From contig LBWJ01000009.1 in NCBI GenBank assembly GCA_000993595.1, forward strand, positions 5,935 through 69,934: DNA of 64,000 nt, in the 5' to 3' direction. Made by a program: the position numbers and the translations under genes. The notes beneath the pieces are model-generated. The model was not told where the DNA came from, did no database searches, and worked only from the letters and a program-made list of their open reading frames with translations. The stretch is from Candidatus Peregrinibacteria bacterium GW2011_GWC2_39_14 (GTDB lineage Bacteria; Patescibacteriota; Gracilibacteria; UBA1369; UBA12463). Shown here piece by piece: positions 47,801 through 57,888 of this stretch (the stretch's first letter is position 1; each line of letters opens with the position of its first letter).

Positions 47801-49903
47801 TCAATATCGTCTTGGCGCTTCTTGCCTGCTTGATTGCTTTCTTATAAACATTGGCGCGTTATCTTCAATCCAACCTCTGCCGAATGTTTTATCGAGATAA
47901 GATCTCTCTAGCCAGAAAACGCGATCGTGTTTTGCGAATTCAGCCCTGCATACTGGATTTCTTTCCATAACCCTGCGAAGATCACCCCAAACTCTGTTCC
48001 ATGAAATGCCTCCACTTATTTCATCTGCTTTTGCTCTAATTAATATTCCTTCCAATTCAGCTTTAGCTGCTGCGTCGAATAATGCATTTTCTGCCGGAGC
48101 CGCACCTTGTTGAAGTCCTCTATGTGCACCTTGCGTTGCCGTTCCACTTCTTGCTGCACCGCTTTCTTTTGCTCTCTTGGCGGCTATCGCCCCTTCTGAT
48201 AAACCTAATTTTTGTAATAATACGCCCACCTCTCCCTTTGAAGGCAAGCCCATTACGGCCTGATTTCGTAATGCACTTATTCTTGTTATAATCGCGACTC
48301 TTGCGGCCATCATTTCATCTCCTGTGAATGCCGCTCTTTGAGCTTCAGGCAAAGATTCGAAAGTCTTTATTGGGTTTTGAGATGCTTTTAATTGGCTCTC
48401 TAATGTCGCTGTTGGCGATGCTTCGTGAACTGCTGGTTTTGAAGCGGGGACTGGAGGCGCGACCGGAGCGTGTTGTTGATGTGCAGGAGCTTGCGGTGCT
48501 GGCGCTTTTTGCTGTGGTTTTGGAGCAGGAGTAGCGGCAGGTGCAGCTACTGCCTTTTTAGATATCGTTAATGCCGCAATCACATCCGGCAATCCTATGT
48601 CAGGTAAAATCGCATGGAATAAAGCATATGGTCGTGGGTCTTGTGCCGCATGCACGGCTTCTCCAACCAATGGTGCAAGATGTTTTTTTTGCACTCTTCC
48701 ACTTCTATATTCTATCAAAAGATGCAATGCCGCTCTTGCATCCGCTTCTATTCCAGGAAATGGTTTCGTTTCAAGACCTGCACTAAATTGCAAAGATAGA
48801 CTTGTCCCCGCTCTCAAATCTCCTGGCTCTAATGTTTGTACAAAAGTCACCAAGTTGCCGAATGTAATTTCTTTTGGGAATTCCGGTTTTTTCTCTGGTG
48901 CAGGAGCGGCGGCTTGCACAACCGCGACCTTTGGCGCTGGCGTTGGTACTGGCGCTGCTGTTTCTTGAACTGCTGCTGCGGCTTCTCGGGCGACTGCGGC
49001 TTGTAAACCTGACGGCGTTGGTGGAGTTGCCGAAGTTTTCGGCGCCGCGGACGGCACGCTTTTCAGCACTTGCTCCGGTACGGATACTCTCATTCCCAAT
49101 TCTTGTTGCGCATCTGCAATTGCAAGCCTTATAAGATCTGATAATCTAGGAAATACATTACATAAAATAGCGGCTGAAGATGTCTGTTCAAGGAGACGAA
49201 CTTGCTCTCCGATATAGCCCGTTATTGCTTCTGCGCTACTCCTCTCTTCAACAAGACGTTTAATGCTCATTGCCATCAAAACCACATCTGATTCATCTGT
49301 TGGTAAATTATTAAATCCTTCGTCTGCGGAAAGCATTTCAAAAAGTTCATTCAATCTTTCAACCGGCGTATCTTGCACTAAATGCAAGATGGAGTTTAAA
49401 GAAATCACGGCAGGTAAATTAATTTTCGGAAGAGTCGGTTGTACCGCGACTTGCGGTGCGGCTTCTAATGCGGCAATCGCTTTGCCGCCTGCTGCTGCTC
49501 GCCTGCCTTCCAACTCTACAACTATCGCCTCAACCTCAACAACATCGTCTGACATAGACGTTCCTCCGCCCATGTCAACTTCTTCAACGACTTCACCTCC
49601 AACAACGGGATTAACCTCAATAACAACTACGGCATCATCTTCTTTTTTCCTTCCTCTACCTCTTTTCTCTCTTGGTAGGACTGTCACACCTTTACCTCCA
49701 AGCATACCGGTCACTTTTCTTGCTCCTGCGGCTATTCTTTCTCCAATTGCCAATAACCCGCTTCCTTTGCTTGCAACTTCATCCGCGGCTTTACATGTTG
49801 GTGGCGGCAATGCTTCTTTTCTTGACAGTTTTGATGGCGCGCTTGGTCTCGGCATAACAGTTGTATGTTGCCCCTTAAAGCTTTCAGCACCTCCTTGACA
49901 CAT
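47801..49903 (-). CDS. Ala/Pro-rich hypothetical protein
   Basis: 700-aa ORF with helical blocks separated by PAPA linkers. Confidence 0.75.
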   Translation of the reverse strand: MCQGGAESFKGQHTTVMPRPSAPSKLSRKEALPPPTCKAADEVASKGSGLLAIGERIAAGARKVTGMLGGKGVTVLPREKRGRGRKKEDDAVVVIEVNPVVGGEVVEEVDMGGGTSMSDDVVEVEAIVVELEGRRAAAGGKAIAALEAAPQVAVQPTLPKINLPAVISLNSILHLVQDTPVERLNELFEMLSADEGFNNLPTDESDVVLMAMSIKRLVEERSSAEAITGYIGEQVRLLEQTSSAAILCNVFPRLSDLIRLAIADAQQELGMRVSVPEQVLKSVPSAAPKTSATPPTPSGLQAAVAREAAAAVQETAAPVPTPAPKVAVVQAAAPAPEKKPEFPKEITFGNLVTFVQTLEPGDLRAGTSLSLQFSAGLETKPFPGIEADARAALHLLIEYRSGRVQKKHLAPLVGEAVHAAQDPRPYALFHAILPDIGLPDVIAALTISKKAVAAPAATPAPKPQQKAPAPQAPAHQQHAPVAPPVPASKPAVHEASPTATLESQLKASQNPIKTFESLPEAQRAAFTGDEMMAARVAIITRISALRNQAVMGLPSKGEVGVLLQKLGLSEGAIAAKRAKESGAARSGTATQGAHRGLQQGAAPAENALFDAAAKAELEGILIRAKADEISGGISWNRVWGDLRRVMERNPVCRAEFAKHDRVFWLERSYLDKTFGRGWIEDNAPMFIRKQSSRQEAPRRY

Positions 49904-49932
49904 AATTATTTGGTTAAGATATTATTATAGTA

Positions 49933-52900
49933 TTAAGCTTCCTTTGCTTGCAATGGATTTTGTTCATATTCTTCACCCGTCAACGTTTCTTGGATAACCG
50001 CCATTTTTTCCATTAAAGAATCCACTAAATCTCTGACCTCAAAAATGATACCTTTTTTGTCTTTCGGATTTTCTGCACATTTATACCATGCATCCGTACA
50101 TCTTTTAACGGTTTCATAATGATGTTTTCTTGATTCCTCTTTTTTCTTAGCTGACATTTTGCACCATTCGTCATCGTATTGTTTATTAATCCATTTATCC
50201 TCTAAAATATCTTTCATCTTATGCCTTTCAAGTAAATTTTCATATTCTGCAATATACCATTTTCCTATTTCTTCAAATGGCCCTCCAAATTGCGCATTTG
50301 ATAAAGCCGTACTTATAAATTGATAATATTTAATATCGCTCCAGGCTTTTCTTCCAAACATATCGGTTCTGCCTGAAAGATACCCCCAGCCTTTTCTTCT
50401 TCTCATATGAGGCAATATAATCAATTCTCCGCCGTCATCATAAGCCATTATTCTCTTGTCAGTTTCTTCATCATGACTTGTCTTAAAACTATCTAATGGA
50501 TATTCCATACCAACTTCTGTTGAAAGTAAAATGCTACTCCCAAGTATTGCCGCTGAATTATCATCAAGCTTACCCGGTATTGTGACCTGCAGTTCCGGCC
50601 GTCCTTTATCTAAAAGCCCTGTTTCTTCCAAACAAGCTAGAATTATAATCATTTCTTCCTGCGTCATAACCGGAGGAATTATGAATGAATTTGTTGCAGC
50701 TTCCAACTTAAAGGCTGAACTTGTTAATCTCAATAGTCTAAATAAACGATCATACTCTTTTGAATTAATTCCGTGCAAAAGATGGACCTTGCCTCCCACC
50801 GGCAAAACCCCTTTATATTCCGACCTTTTCGCTTCGATTGCGCGCTTTAATTCAATAACCTGTCCTCCAAATTGTCTGCCAACCTGCTTGGCCGCAAATG
50901 CCATTGCATCATGCACGCTCCTAATGGTGTCTCCAATCATTGCCCCGAGTTCGATGTCGCCACCTGCTGGCAATGCCGGCGTTTCATCAATCCTATCATT
51001 GACGTATGCCAAAACTCTATCACGCCCCGCTCCTTTTCCACCTTCTCTTTCCATGAAGTCTACAACCCTTGCAATACCAAAAAACGTCAATACGCTCTTT
51101 AATGCTTTACGTGCATTTTCTTGCTCAATGTTTTCTCTGACTTCGGCCTTTTTACCACAATATCTCTCAACTATATCGTCTATTTCTTTGAATGCATTAA
51201 ATTTTATCAAAATATCGAACTTCGATTTTAGCGTTTTCTGACGCACAAACCTCTCTACGTTAAAGTATTTTACGTTTATAGCTTTTAATGTCTCATTCGC
51301 TTTTACAATTGTTTCCGCCGCGTATTCGCTTATATTTCCGTCATTATCTATTATTGTTTCGAAATCTATATCGTTAGCCGCATATATAAGTTGTCTCATT
51401 CCAACCACCATTTTATAAAAACTTTCCAACATGGCAATTCTATCTTTTGATGTTTTCGCAGATCTCATCTCTTCTTTAACCGCTTCCGCATCAATAAGCC
51501 CATCTTCGATACCCTCTTTTAAAGCTTCTGTAAAATTTTCCCATTCATCTTCATCGCTTCGCGGTAATTTATATGGATTTAGCATGACATCTTTATCTGC
51601 AGTATACTGATCTTCGCCTTCCTGATCCGGCGTATTTAATGCTTCGGAAACCAATCCTTCCATGATTTCTCGATAATTAAAAATGTCTCCTAAATTCATT
51701 ACTTCAATCAAGCTTTTATAATGAACGATAGCCTGCATTGCTCCCGCGATATTGTCCCATCTGAAGTTTAAAGTACCTGAAAAAGCATCTAACAACTCTC
51801 GATGATATTGCTCACTAAGATGATACAATGTCGCTTTAACCCATCCTTGATCCCTAAAATCTGCGCAATGCTCTCCTTCACCTTCCGCTTCAATCCGCTC
51901 ATTTGACTCCATGTGGTCGATCTCCCATTTATTCAATCTCTCATAAATAAAATCCCATTCGCTCTGCTTTACTCCAGCTTGATTAAAGCCGATATTATCG
52001 CCGACTGCATGCTCAATTAGTTTCTCCATCTGTTCATCTGTGACAGCTCCTCTGTTATAAAAATCGATTAATATTCTTACGGCGCAAAGCCTAACGGTCC
52101 TTACCGAAGCTTCATCGCGCGGTCCTCTACCATCTCTTTCGAACATCCTCCTGTTCACGCTTTCCACGGATTCCGGTATTTCTTTTATTGTTTTTATAAG
52201 TTTTAAAAAGTTTTTCGGCGGATTAAATGGGTCTCTCATTGCATTTGCAAACATGGCAAAATACAATCTTAGAACATCTTCATCTACTGAACCTGTTTCT
52301 TCTTTGCAACGATCATATAAATTCATTGCGTTTGAAACTATATTCGCTCTTGCTGGTTTGCTCACCTCCATTCCGCCTTCTCTATGATATGGCAGTGCCG
52401 CGATTGCCGCTGATGCGTTGTGTGGCAACATATGGCTTGCCGCAAGGTTATCTTGATCAAAATCCAATGCCATTCCAAGACGCTCCGCCTCCGGCATCGC
52501 ATTAAATTGTCTCCAAATGCCTCTAAGCAATTTTGCGTCCAAAACCTGTAAATCGAGTTTTCTTTCACGCATCTTATCTCTACTACCATCCAAAGTCGCT
52601 TTGAAAAAATCCAATCCCGGAAATGGCACCGTAACTTCATCACCTTCCATCTTGCAAGTTATTTCACTTCGAGGTTCATTTTTATCAACATGCTCAAGAA
52701 ATTGTTTTATAAAAACTTCCTGCTCTGATGCGTTCAATTTTCCAAGACCCAAAATCATTATGTCTATAATTCTGATTGCTCTTGGCATATTGCCTATTCC
52801 ATATCTGCTAGCTATAAAACACGTTATTTCTATTGTGCGCTTTTTTGGCATAAATTTTTCCAAACCACATCCCCCCTGAAAATATGCTTTGCAACCATAT

Positions 52901-54426
52901 TCAAAATCATACCCTGCATATTTGCTGAATTCTTCAACCGCCTGAATATCATCTTCGCCCATTGCCGCTCTATATTTCCCTTGATGTTCACTTTTTGCCT
53001 TTGCGTAAACCGCAAATGGATTAAAGTTTTTAACAAAATACCACGGCCTTTTATTTTGACCCCAGATGTTATCAACAATCGCGACAACCACTTCCAAAGC
53101 CTGAAACCTGTTGTTTCTTTTTCTCATAACAAATTCAAACATTTCAACTGCTCTGTTTATATCAAGACCGTTTGAAATCCAAAAATCTATTCTTGCATGC
53201 ATTTTTCTTGCAGCATTACTTAAAACAAGTCCTTGCGATGCCGAATCTTTAAGCTTCATGAAAAAATATGTCATGTCCGGATGATGACCAAAGCCCGCGC
53301 TTTCCATGGCATCCAAAATCTTTTGCCTATTGCCATCTATCTTGAATTTTCTCGGCCTTTTTAGGTCTTTTGGAATCGTATCAAACATTTGTTGCGCAAC
53401 CGTTTTAAACGGATGCTCTGTAAAATGCAAAGGCATATCTCCTGATTCAAAAAGATCACTATCGCCGTTTTCCACATACGAAAAAGCTAATTTTGATCTC
53501 AAGAATGCCCAATCAAAAGGCGTGTCGCCTTTTTTCCCAAGACGTGGATACATGGTGTCTGGATAAAATTCATACTGTAAATTGTTTGCCGCCCACATGC
53601 TTTCAGCTTTTTCATCAAATTGTGCCAAAAAACACCTCACGTACTTTTCGTCCTCACTCATTTTTCGATGTCCTTTTTGCGTGAGCCGTATTGAAATCTC
53701 GTCATCATCAATCTCCACGTTACCAGGCTCTTCAATGCGATTATCTTTTAATGCCGGCTTGCCAAGCATGCGCAAGTGGTCTCTCAAGTAACTCGTCTTC
53801 CACACACGATCAAAACCGGACGCACCCTCGCCCGTTAAATACACCGGACATGACATGCCTCGTACGTTCGTAAGATGGTTACCCATTTCATAAATCGTGT
53901 CAAAATAAACCGGCTTTTTATTTCTTCTTTTCTTGCCATCATCATCATCATCGTCGTCTTCATCAACATAATCATCTCTCCTCACAAGCCGACGCTTGCA
54001 TGGTTTAAATTTTTCACTATAAAAATATGCAGTTGGTCCACGATGTCTTTCTTCATCTCTCCTTTCAAAAAAATCCGGCAACTCTCTCCAGACTTTTTTA
54101 TCTTCCTTTTCTCTTCTTTTTTGACCTTGTTTGTATTCTCTCGTTCTTTCCCTTGCATCTCGTTTTCTTTCTCTTTCTCTTTCTTTCATCCATTCTCTTT
54201 GCCTTCTCCTTTTTTCAAGCTCCTTCTTTCTTCTCTCCGCATTTATAGCCCGAATACACTGCTTTTGCTTTAACTCAATATCGTCACCTAATAAAACCGA
54301 TGCGCGTATTGCAGCCAAGTCTCGCTGCAAATCATATAGATCTGCTCCAATAACGGGCTGTTCGCCGTCAAAATCAACTTCCGGAAAATCCATTTCATCG
54401 TCAAACCTGCCTTCAAAATCCTCCAT
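49933..54426 (-). CDS. 1497-aa hypothetical protein, charged N-terminus, C-terminal degenerate amidoligase-like domain
   Basis: Long ORF; C-terminal PVGGKVH...IIPP...LQVTIPG...RTD parallels the 959-aa neighbour. Confidence 0.75.
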   Translation of the reverse strand: MEDFEGRFDDEMDFPEVDFDGEQPVIGADLYDLQRDLAAIRASVLLGDDIELKQKQCIRAINAERRKKELEKRRRQREWMKERERERKRDARERTREYKQGQKRREKEDKKVWRELPDFFERRDEERHRGPTAYFYSEKFKPCKRRLVRRDDYVDEDDDDDDDGKKRRNKKPVYFDTIYEMGNHLTNVRGMSCPVYLTGEGASGFDRVWKTSYLRDHLRMLGKPALKDNRIEEPGNVEIDDDEISIRLTQKGHRKMSEDEKYVRCFLAQFDEKAESMWAANNLQYEFYPDTMYPRLGKKGDTPFDWAFLRSKLAFSYVENGDSDLFESGDMPLHFTEHPFKTVAQQMFDTIPKDLKRPRKFKIDGNRQKILDAMESAGFGHHPDMTYFFMKLKDSASQGLVLSNAARKMHARIDFWISNGLDINRAVEMFEFVMRKRNNRFQALEVVVAIVDNIWGQNKRPWYFVKNFNPFAVYAKAKSEHQGKYRAAMGEDDIQAVEEFSKYAGYDFEYGCKAYFQGGCGLEKFMPKKRTIEITCFIASRYGIGNMPRAIRIIDIMILGLGKLNASEQEVFIKQFLEHVDKNEPRSEITCKMEGDEVTVPFPGLDFFKATLDGSRDKMRERKLDLQVLDAKLLRGIWRQFNAMPEAERLGMALDFDQDNLAASHMLPHNASAAIAALPYHREGGMEVSKPARANIVSNAMNLYDRCKEETGSVDEDVLRLYFAMFANAMRDPFNPPKNFLKLIKTIKEIPESVESVNRRMFERDGRGPRDEASVRTVRLCAVRILIDFYNRGAVTDEQMEKLIEHAVGDNIGFNQAGVKQSEWDFIYERLNKWEIDHMESNERIEAEGEGEHCADFRDQGWVKATLYHLSEQYHRELLDAFSGTLNFRWDNIAGAMQAIVHYKSLIEVMNLGDIFNYREIMEGLVSEALNTPDQEGEDQYTADKDVMLNPYKLPRSDEDEWENFTEALKEGIEDGLIDAEAVKEEMRSAKTSKDRIAMLESFYKMVVGMRQLIYAANDIDFETIIDNDGNISEYAAETIVKANETLKAINVKYFNVERFVRQKTLKSKFDILIKFNAFKEIDDIVERYCGKKAEVRENIEQENARKALKSVLTFFGIARVVDFMEREGGKGAGRDRVLAYVNDRIDETPALPAGGDIELGAMIGDTIRSVHDAMAFAAKQVGRQFGGQVIELKRAIEAKRSEYKGVLPVGGKVHLLHGINSKEYDRLFRLLRLTSSAFKLEAATNSFIIPPVMTQEEMIIILACLEETGLLDKGRPELQVTIPGKLDDNSAAILGSSILLSTEVGMEYPLDSFKTSHDEETDKRIMAYDDGGELIILPHMRRRKGWGYLSGRTDMFGRKAWSDIKYYQFISTALSNAQFGGPFEEIGKWYIAEYENLLERHKMKDILEDKWINKQYDDEWCKMSAKKKEESRKHHYETVKRCTDAWYKCAENPKDKKGIIFEVRDLVDSLMEKMAVIQETLTGEEYEQNPLQAKEA

Positions 54427-54511
54427 TTCTTGTTTGGATTAAGAATGGAGGGAAATTTTACCACTTTAAGGTGGAATGTCAAGGTGAATGAGCGTCCAAT
54501 AAAATCGGTCG

Positions 54512-54892
54512 CTATGCTACTCTTCTTGGCTCTGCCGCAGAAGATCTAACGGCTACACTTGGCGCTTGTCTTGTTCCATGCGAGGATCCTCTTGCAGGAC
54601 TTGAAGGTGCTACTGGAGCTGCCAGAGCTGCTGGAGTTGTTGCGGATGCTGGCCTTGAAGCCGGGATTGCATTAAGAGCCCCCAACGTTTGTCTTCTCGC
54701 TGAAAGTCTGGCTAAAAATAAACCACTATTACCTCCTAATTGCGTCTTCCATTCCGCTACTGCCAATTCACTCAAACGGCCTAAATCTTCCAATCCAACG
54801 GTGCTTAATTTAGCATCAATAGCGACCGGATCTCCTCCTTTCACGGTTTCTCTTAATTCTTTACGTCCTCTTTGATCTAATGATAATCCCAT
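54512..54892 (-). CDS. Hypothetical protein
   Basis: 126-aa ORF with an upstream promoter and a P/A/S-rich tail. Confidence 0.55.
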   Translation of the reverse strand: MGLSLDQRGRKELRETVKGGDPVAIDAKLSTVGLEDLGRLSELAVAEWKTQLGGNSGLFLARLSARRQTLGALNAIPASRPASATTPAALAAPVAPSSPARGSSHGTRQAPSVAVRSSAAEPRRVA

Positions 54893-54924
54893 ATTTTTGT
54901 GGTTAGATTGTATTTTCTACCCAA

Positions 54925-54961
54925 AGCTTATCTTGACATATTTGCACTGTCAAGTTAAACT
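54925..54961. promoter_or_regulatory. Overlapping divergent sigma-70 promoters
   Basis: + strand TTGACA(54933-38)-17-TAAACT; - strand TTGACA(54948-53)-17-TAAGCT. Confidence 0.7.
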
Positions 54962-54979
54962 CACACCCTTACAATTGAC

Positions 54980-57859
54980 ATGGACAAAAAATTATTACCA
55001 TTACAGCTAGTCGAACGATTTGATCATTGCAAAATGTGGCCGATGGTTCCTGTAACAACGCCTGAAAAAGCACCAACTCTGGACGAGCGAGCGGAAATAG
55101 ATGAATATATAAAACTTGGTAAAGTTGTAATTAAGGAAATTTTGGGCGATGTCGACACTTCACATACACACATTGGTGGTGCAACTCGCGACTATTATTG
55201 CTGTGAAGAAGGGCATGAAGAATATAGACTTTTGATGACTTTGTTAAAAGGAGCAAAAAGCGTTGAACAAGTTCAGGACTTGGTTGCGGGTTATATTTTT
55301 CAAACGATTAACGAATTACGTGATGCCCGTTATATTCCGGATCCCGACTACCCACTAAAACGTAAGCCTATTTATGGAGAAGTGAGAGATGTGATGATCG
55401 GCAGATTGCCTCAACAAGGCACACCATATAATTTTAAAAGAATAATCCCACATTCAGAGTTAAGAAATGAATTTGAACATCAAGAAAGATACAGACTGCA
55501 TTACCATCAAAAACATATCGGAGCAACAACCGGGCATTATTTTAGAATGCCACGAAGCGCAAGCTATTTGATGGAATTTATGCCAACGCTTCAACAATCA
55601 AGACGATATGCATTTGAACCAAACCATGATTGCTTACATACTCTTCTTGCTGATTCACATCATGTTTTTCCTAAGCATTTTCCGGTGGGGCGATATTGGG
55701 CCAAACGTGAAACGCCAAAGAACAAACGTATGACTCCTTCAAAATTAACCAGATTTTTTACTTTACCGGGTTTAAATGATTACCTTGAAGCTGATGGAAA
55801 AATGCCCGATGAATCAATCGCATCGAATTTAACAATTATAGCTGAATATATTTGCGAAAATAGAGGTGCTATTTATAAAAATGATATTAAACCTGAAGAC
55901 ATTGATAAGTGGATGAAAAATAAATTTAAAAAATATCATCCGGATTTAGGCGTTGCCACATATGTTTGGGCAAGATTACTTGGAACCGAATTCGAAGATA
56001 CTTCTCTTTGGATCGAACAATACATCCTTGATCTTATTGAAAAGGAAAACCCGTGGGTCTTTGAAGCCGCAGGCCATGAAACGAGAAAAGATTATAACTA
56101 TCCCAAGTCTCTTTTAATTTTATACGCAAAGGCTTTGGCTGTAACCGATATCGGAATTCCGGACAAAGATAAATTACAAGAATTATTACTTTTAATTCCA
56201 GCCCAAGAATTACTCGAAGCTGCAATGGGTAGCAAAAATTATAAAAGTTGTGGATCCCTTGTTCTTCTTTACTCATATGCTTGTGATAGGTCCAGATATA
56301 TTCCTACACCTGATAAATATAATGATGAACGATGTGAAAATGATTTTTATGGATATTGCTTGGATTTATTTCAAGAGTCTTTCGAACCTTCACATGAATG
56401 GACGCATATTGAAGGATTTGAATTACTTGATCCAATGGCAATTGACGGATACACAAATTCGCGTGGCTGGACCGCTTTGCAAGAAAGAATGAAAGCGGCT
56501 GAAGAAAAAATGAGAACTATGGCACCAAGTGAATTAATGGCATTTAAAATAGCTGTAGTAGATAAATTACCAGAACCTTATGCTGAAAAAGCTTTATATT
56601 TAATTACCGACATTGCAAAAAAATACACTGTTTCAGTTAGCTTCCAGAGTCATGATACAGATGCCATCGCAAATATGGCGTCTAATGGATACGACGGAGA
56701 ACGGCCTGAACTAATTCTTCCCGGCGGAATTTCCTTAGATGAATTGGCCGGAACCGGATATTCGAAAGCACGATTCACGGAAATTGCAGAACTCGCAATA
56801 TTGGAAAGACATCTTCGAGGACAAGTGCGAGGAGACGATGCGCTTATTAAACATCTTATGGCTCATCGCTCTACAATGATGCCCGGCGAGCTTATTGCGC
56901 CAATTCCGGGTTCACCAAATCTGGAAATAATTAAAATATATGGAGATTCTCCGGATTTATTATCTCTTTTAACTATCGCTACATTGCTCGTTTACGTTGG
57001 ATATGATTATGACCAAATTATGAAAGAGATTGAGATGCTACAAGGTGAGCTTATTGATCCAATGCAATCTCGAAATCTCACCGCTACGGTTGGAGCGGAA
57101 CTTGAAATAGTTGGCGCAACTCCGGAAGGACAAATTGTCAACCCTGATCGCTTTGGCCTTCTCACAAATGTAGTTGCAATGGGTAATGATAAGCCCGTAA
57201 ATGAATTAAAAACTCCGCCAACAATGAGTGCGTTTATGCAAAAATATCTTTTTAACCTTATTACCGATGAAAGATTCCAATTTATTTATGCGAAAATGCT
57301 TTGGGACGTTTCGGCGCGAAAAGACAGATCTCCAACCGCTGTGCACGTAAGCGTTGCAATGCCAAAAGACATTCCTTTTTCAGCAGATCTTGTTAGAAAA
57401 TATATGGCTCCGATACACGAGATGCAATGGATCGCCAGTGAAATGAGAGCTCAAGTTCCTCGCGCCAGCAGTGCGGGCTATGTTAAAGACTGGAGGAGCA
57501 TGGCTCTTCTGGACACAGTGGGCGATAAACATCCGTCTATGCAGGTTGAAGACAAAAGCCTATCTCTTGATCCTCGTGGCGATTATGGGAAACAAATAGA
57601 GATGATTCAATTACTATCTTCTGCCGCTGTCCAATACATGAGAGAAAAAGGAGGCTTGCCAATGGATCCGAGCGGTAGAATTATGGCACAAATTTATGTT
57701 GATTTTGTTCGTGAGTCTAAATTGATTTTAGGTATGCCTTTAAATGAAATGTCGCAAGTTGTTGCAAGCGCTTTAATGGAAAAATACGCAGATACTGTAA
57801 AGTCCGAATTAAATCGACCAAGCATGGTAAAAAAGAGTGGAATTGTTTGGGTTGAGTAA
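54980..57859 (+). CDS. 959-aa protein with C-terminal amidoligase (COOH-NH2 ligase/GS-fold)-like domain
   Basis: TVGAELE, D...NELKTPP, VHVSV, QVEDK motifs in the last about 260 aa. Confidence 0.7.
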   Translation: MDKKLLPLQLVERFDHCKMWPMVPVTTPEKAPTLDERAEIDEYIKLGKVVIKEILGDVDTSHTHIGGATRDYYCCEEGHEEYRLLMTLLKGAKSVEQVQDLVAGYIFQTINELRDARYIPDPDYPLKRKPIYGEVRDVMIGRLPQQGTPYNFKRIIPHSELRNEFEHQERYRLHYHQKHIGATTGHYFRMPRSASYLMEFMPTLQQSRRYAFEPNHDCLHTLLADSHHVFPKHFPVGRYWAKRETPKNKRMTPSKLTRFFTLPGLNDYLEADGKMPDESIASNLTIIAEYICENRGAIYKNDIKPEDIDKWMKNKFKKYHPDLGVATYVWARLLGTEFEDTSLWIEQYILDLIEKENPWVFEAAGHETRKDYNYPKSLLILYAKALAVTDIGIPDKDKLQELLLLIPAQELLEAAMGSKNYKSCGSLVLLYSYACDRSRYIPTPDKYNDERCENDFYGYCLDLFQESFEPSHEWTHIEGFELLDPMAIDGYTNSRGWTALQERMKAAEEKMRTMAPSELMAFKIAVVDKLPEPYAEKALYLITDIAKKYTVSVSFQSHDTDAIANMASNGYDGERPELILPGGISLDELAGTGYSKARFTEIAELAILERHLRGQVRGDDALIKHLMAHRSTMMPGELIAPIPGSPNLEIIKIYGDSPDLLSLLTIATLLVYVGYDYDQIMKEIEMLQGELIDPMQSRNLTATVGAELEIVGATPEGQIVNPDRFGLLTNVVAMGNDKPVNELKTPPTMSAFMQKYLFNLITDERFQFIYAKMLWDVSARKDRSPTAVHVSVAMPKDIPFSADLVRKYMAPIHEMQWIASEMRAQVPRASSAGYVKDWRSMALLDTVGDKHPSMQVEDKSLSLDPRGDYGKQIEMIQLLSSAAVQYMREKGGLPMDPSGRIMAQIYVDFVRESKLILGMPLNEMSQVVASALMEKYADTVKSELNRPSMVKKSGIVWVE

Positions 57860-57888
57860 ATGGGACGAAGATAACAATGCCAGCAACC

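Noticed and set aside
49263..51241. Long antisense ORFs (211 aa, 236 aa) and similar ones such as 33644-34356 and 42684-43166
   Set aside because: Shadow frames of low-complexity or long genes, with no motifs or expression signals
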